From the NCBI GenBank assembly GCA_038087875.1, contig CM075984.1, forward strand, positions 10,044,001 through 10,108,000: 64,000 nucleotides of DNA, read 5' to 3'. Below the pieces are notes generated by a model. The model was not told where the DNA came from. It did not search any database and saw only the letters and a program-made list of their open reading frames with translations. This document shows positions 60,166 through 64,000 of the stretch, in pieces. Numbering within the stretch: the stretch's first letter is position 1; each line of letters begins with the position of its first letter. Source of the DNA: Malacoraja senta. Lineage: Eukaryota. The translations under genes were made by a program, and so were the position numbers.

Positions 60166-60534
60166 AGCTGGAGTAACTCAGCAGGACAGACAGCATCTCT
60201 GGAGAGAAGGAATGGGTGATATTTTGGGTCGACCCTTCTTCAGACTAGCTAGGGAAAAGGAAAACGAGAGATATAGATGATGATGTAGACAGATAAAGAA
60301 CAATGAATGAAAGATATGCAAAAAAGTAACGATGATAACGTGGTAATAATTAAAACATGGTACTGCCCACCTGCAAAATCTCCTCAAGGTATGTCTACTC
60401 CAACGAAGGTTCTGCAACAGCCTCTCTCGCTGCTCCCCTCTGTGTTAGGCACTATCTATGGAGAAGCATCCTTTTTCTACAGAGATGCTGCCTGACTCGC
60501 TGAGTTACTCCAGCACTTTGTGTTTATCTTCGGT
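60166..60534. mobile_element. PLE inverted-arm element next to a (ta)n microsatellite
   Basis: Minus-strand pLTR + 3' UTR at 60166-~60335; plus-strand pLTR at ~60468-60534. Confidence 0.72.
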
Positions 60535-60538
60535 ACCT

Positions 60539-60763
60539 TGTAGCGGCGCCTGCTAGCGCACGCAGATGTCGAACTAGGCGTTCTAAGCCGCGGTCACGTG
60601 ACTCGGGAGGGGATGTTGTTTTCGCGCATTTTTTCCCTTGTGCGCGTCAGTTCCGCGCTGACCACCGATGTGGCCAGACGTGTCTGTTAAACCTGTATGC
60701 TGCAACTTGAGCTTTCGAATAAAGTATTGTTGAAAGCTCCAGGAGTCGTTTATCAGACCGCCA
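60539..60763 (+). repeat. 5' LTR (225 bp) of the Gypsy element
   Basis: TGTAGCGG...CCGCCA, AATAAA at 60718-60723, directly followed by the PBS. Confidence 0.82.
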
Positions 60764-60766
60764 AAT

Positions 60767-60779
60767 TGGTGACCCCGAC
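60767..60779 (+). promoter_or_regulatory. Primer-binding site, tRNA-Trp
   Basis: TGGTGACCCCGAC is complementary to the 3' end of tRNA-Trp. Confidence 0.85.
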
Positions 60780-60808
60780 CTGTCTAGACGTCGTTAGACA
60801 ACAGAATT

Positions 60809-61549
60809 ATGCAAGAAGAAGGTCTTCCGGCAGAATCGGCCAGCACGAGGCAGGGCTCACCGGCCTTCAAACTGCCAGCCTTTTGGCCTGATCAACCTCA
60901 GGTGTGGTTCGCCCATGTGGAGGCACAGTTTCATCTACATCGCATCGACCACGACGACACTATGTATTTTCATGTGGTAGGAGCATTACCACAGGACTGT
61001 GCCTCGAGGCTGTTGCCCTTTATCAGAGACCCTCCGTCCAGCAGCAAGTACGAAGGGTTGAAAGCCATGTTATTCCATGCCTACGGTCTTTCCCGTAGAG
61101 ACAGGGCGGCAAGACTGCAACATATGGATTGCATTTGCGATCGAAGGCCATCGACGATCATGGCAAAGATGTTGGCCCTAATGGACGGGCACCACCCCTG
61201 CTTGCTTTTTAAACAAGCGTTCTTAGTGCAGATGCCCGACGAAGTGCAGCTAATGCTAGCGGGAGCCGATTTTAGCGACCCGCAGCGGCTCGCGGAAAGA
61301 GCCGATGAGCTGTGGCCGCTCAGACGGCGGGACGTACACGCTGTCGCCCGCCTCATGGTCACGCAACGGGTGCAGCCGAACCGACATTGGGAAGAAGAGA
61401 CCCAGCCCAGCGTCGAAGACGAATCGCCGCGGCCAGTGGTCTACAGCCAACGCAGATGGTGCTACTACCACCAATCCTACGGAACAGAAGCCCGAAGATG
61501 TCGGAGCCCTTGTTCGTTTCCGGGAAGCGCCCAGGCCGATCGTCCATAG
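60809..61549 (+). CDS. gag: Gag (CsRn1-type)
   Basis: KLPAFW..PQVWFAHVEAQF; CYYH-x9-C-x3-C motif; 246-aa open frame. Confidence 0.85.
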   Translation: MQEEGLPAESASTRQGSPAFKLPAFWPDQPQVWFAHVEAQFHLHRIDHDDTMYFHVVGALPQDCASRLLPFIRDPPSSSKYEGLKAMLFHAYGLSRRDRAARLQHMDCICDRRPSTIMAKMLALMDGHHPCLLFKQAFLVQMPDEVQLMLAGADFSDPQRLAERADELWPLRRRDVHAVARLMVTQRVQPNRHWEEETQPSVEDESPRPVVYSQRRWCYYHQSYGTEARRCRSPCSFPGSAQADRP

Positions 61550-64000
61550 AGGCAAACGCGATCGGCCCCAACGTACGTCTCTTTGTCCGTGATCGCCATT
61601 CCGGCCACCGTTTCCTGGTGGATTCCGGTGCCTATGCCAGTATCCTGCCTCCAAGCGCCCGAGATGTTCGTGCTGGTAAGGTGGGACCTGTCCTCTCGGC
61701 TGTTAACGGGAGCAATATTCGCACCTACGGCACGCGGACCGCGAAACTAAATTTCGACTCCCACCAGTACAGGTGGAAGTTTATCATTGCTGACGTTGCC
61801 CAACCGATCCTGGGGGCCGATTTCTTGTGCGCGTTCTCCCTGTTAGTCGATGTACGGGGTGGTCGCATGATCCCTGCACCGGGACCACGCCCTACCAAGC
61901 CGCGCAACCCATCAACGCCCCTGCAGTAACTCGTCGAGGTAGCTGAGATCCAGCAACCTTTCGCAGCCCCGATTCGACGGGGCCGCGCCCTGTCATGGCA
62001 TGGTCCACCACATTCCCACCAAGGGTCCGCCGTTACACGCCCGCGCGTGCCGTCTCCCGCCCGATAAACTGAGCATCGCACGAGACGAGTTCCAACTTAT
62101 GGAGGACATGGGGATTGTCCGGCGGTCAGATAGCCCTTGGGCTTCCCTGTTACACATGGTGCCCAAAGCGTCCGGGGTCTGGAGACCTTGTGGCGATTAC
62201 AGGCATTTGAACGCAGTAACTACAGACGACAGGTATCCAGTCCCGAACATCCAGGAATTCTCGGCCCATCTGGAAGGTGCGACAATCTTCTCGAAGGTCG
62301 ACCTTATCCGCGGGTATAATCAAATCCCGGTCCACCCCGACGACGTCCCTAAAACGGCCACCATTACCCCTTTCAGCCTTTTCGAGTGGTTCAGAATGGC
62401 ATTTGGTTTGAAGAACGCAGCTCAGGCGTTCCAGAGGCTAATGCATCAGGTCGGCCGGGGTTTGCCGTTTATTTTAATCTACCTAGATGACATCCTGGGA
62501 GCCAGCCGCTCGCAGGCAGAGCATACCAAGCACCTCCGCCTACTTTTCGAAAGGCTGCACAAACACGGTTGGTGATCAACCCCGAGAAGTTCCAGTTTGG
62601 TCTGCGCTCCATCTCGTTCTTAGGGCATAGCATCACCTCTCAGGGAGCGCAACCACTGCCCGAGAAATTCGACGCCATCCGTCATTTCCCCAGACCATTA
62701 TCGGTCAAAGGTCTGCAAGAGTTTATCGGGATGGTTAACTTTTATCACCGATTCATCCCATCTGCAGCCGCCATCATGCGGTCGTTGTTCCAATGCCTGG
62801 CCCGTAAGCCTAAGGACCTGGTCTGGTCTGAAGAGGCACAGAAGACGTTCGAGGGGGCTAAGACCGCATTGGCCAATGCCACTATGCTGGTACACCCTAG
62901 CGCTTTAGCCCAAACAGCCCTCACCGTGGATGCCTCCGACGTCGTAGTAGGCACTGTCCTCGAGCAGCGGGCAGGTATTCGCTGGGCGCCGTTGGCATTT
63001 TTCAGCTGGCAACTGTGAGCCCCCGAAGTTAAATACAGCGCTTTCGACAGGGAGCTCCTTACGCTTTACCTAGCAATCCGTCATTTTCGATATTTCCTGG
63101 AGGGGCGCACTTTCACTGCGTTCACCGACCACAAGCCGTTAACTTTCGCCTTGTCCAAGGTTTCTGACCCTTGGTCTGCCAGACAGCAACGGCAACTCAC
63201 CTACATTTCCAAATTCACATCTGATATTCGGCATGTGGCAGGCAAGCTGAATGTCATGGCCGACGCATTGTTCCGTCCAGCGCTGCCCGAAGTTTCTGCG
63301 CTTAGTCTCGGCGTTGATTACGAGGAGCTGGCAGCTGCCCAACGGGCGGACGCCGGTATGGAGATTTATCGCAATGCTGAATCAGGACTGAAGCTGGTCA
63401 AAGTGCCATGTGGCAACTCCGGCGTGCAAGTCCTTCGTGATATTTCCACCGGTAAAGCCCATCCGATTGTCCCGGTTGCTTGGCTGCGTCGGATTTTCGA
63501 CACCATCCACAGCCTAGCGCACTCGTCCATTCGCGCCACCTCTGCCTTGGTTGCAGCGAAGTTCGTTTGGCACGGGTTAAGGAAGCAGATCGCTGCATGG
63601 GCCCGTTCCTGCATCCCATGCCAGACCTCCAAAGTGCAGAGACATGTGCACCCGCCGGTCCAGGATTTCGCCGTCCCGTACGGCAGGTTCCTGCACATCC
63701 ATGTAGACCTGGTAGGTCCCTTGTCTTGTTCGCGCGGGGCTACTCACTTACTGACTATCGTGGACAGGTTTGCCAGGTGGGCGGAGGCAACCCCGTTGAC
63801 GGATACCTCTGCTGATGCATGCGCGAGGGCCATGGTATCCCATTGGATCGCTCGTTTCGGGGTCCCCTCACATATTACCACCGCTAGGGGGGCCCAGTTC
63901 ACGTCTTCATTGTGGTGTGGTATGGTGCAGCTGTACGGAGCAAAGCTGCACCAAACAACCACTTATCACCGGAGTCTAACGGGTTGGTTGAGCGGTTCCA
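61520..64000 (+). pseudogene. pol: Pol (protease, RT, RNase H, integrase) with stops and frameshifts
   Basis: [67 protein letters not shown]; breaks near 61929, 62575 and 63018. Confidence 0.88.

Larger units (their letters stand above)
60539..64000 (+). mobile_element. Ty3/Gypsy LTR retrotransposon, CsRn1 clade (runs off the window)
   Basis: LTR-PBS(Trp)-gag(CHCC)-PR-RT-RH-IN order. Confidence 0.9.

Overview
Eukaryotic, repeat-dense, apparently non-genic DNA (intronic or intergenic). HE1/V-type SINEs plus CR1, L1, Rex1 and RTE LINEs point to a cartilaginous fish, probably a skate or ray; this is inference from repeat content only. No host exon could be supported. The window contains: (1) a 4.67-kb DIRS1-type tyrosine-recombinase element with near-perfect ITR/ICR but a decayed interior, inserted at ATT inside a CR1; (2) a 5'-truncated, open-frame Neptune-type Penelope-like element (PLE; RT + GIY-YIG, 14-bp TSD) whose 3' pLTR has a minimal hammerhead-ribozyme core, plus about 20 short, often TSD-flanked and palindromic pLTR-derived mini-elements carrying that core or its flanking pLTR sequence; (3) three L1 copies; (4) three PIF/Harbinger-like MITEs with TNA TSDs, one split by a full-length L1; (5) a non-autonomous Helitron with a 37-bp tandem array and promoter-like motifs, spanning a 526-N gap; (6) a CsRn1-clade Gypsy element running off the right edge; (7) many CR1 and SINE fragments. 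The best candidates for an undescribed system are the PLE/hammerhead mini-element family and the non-autonomous DIRS with extra hairpins around its ICR. All alignments were made by eye, and boundaries of decayed repeats are approximate.
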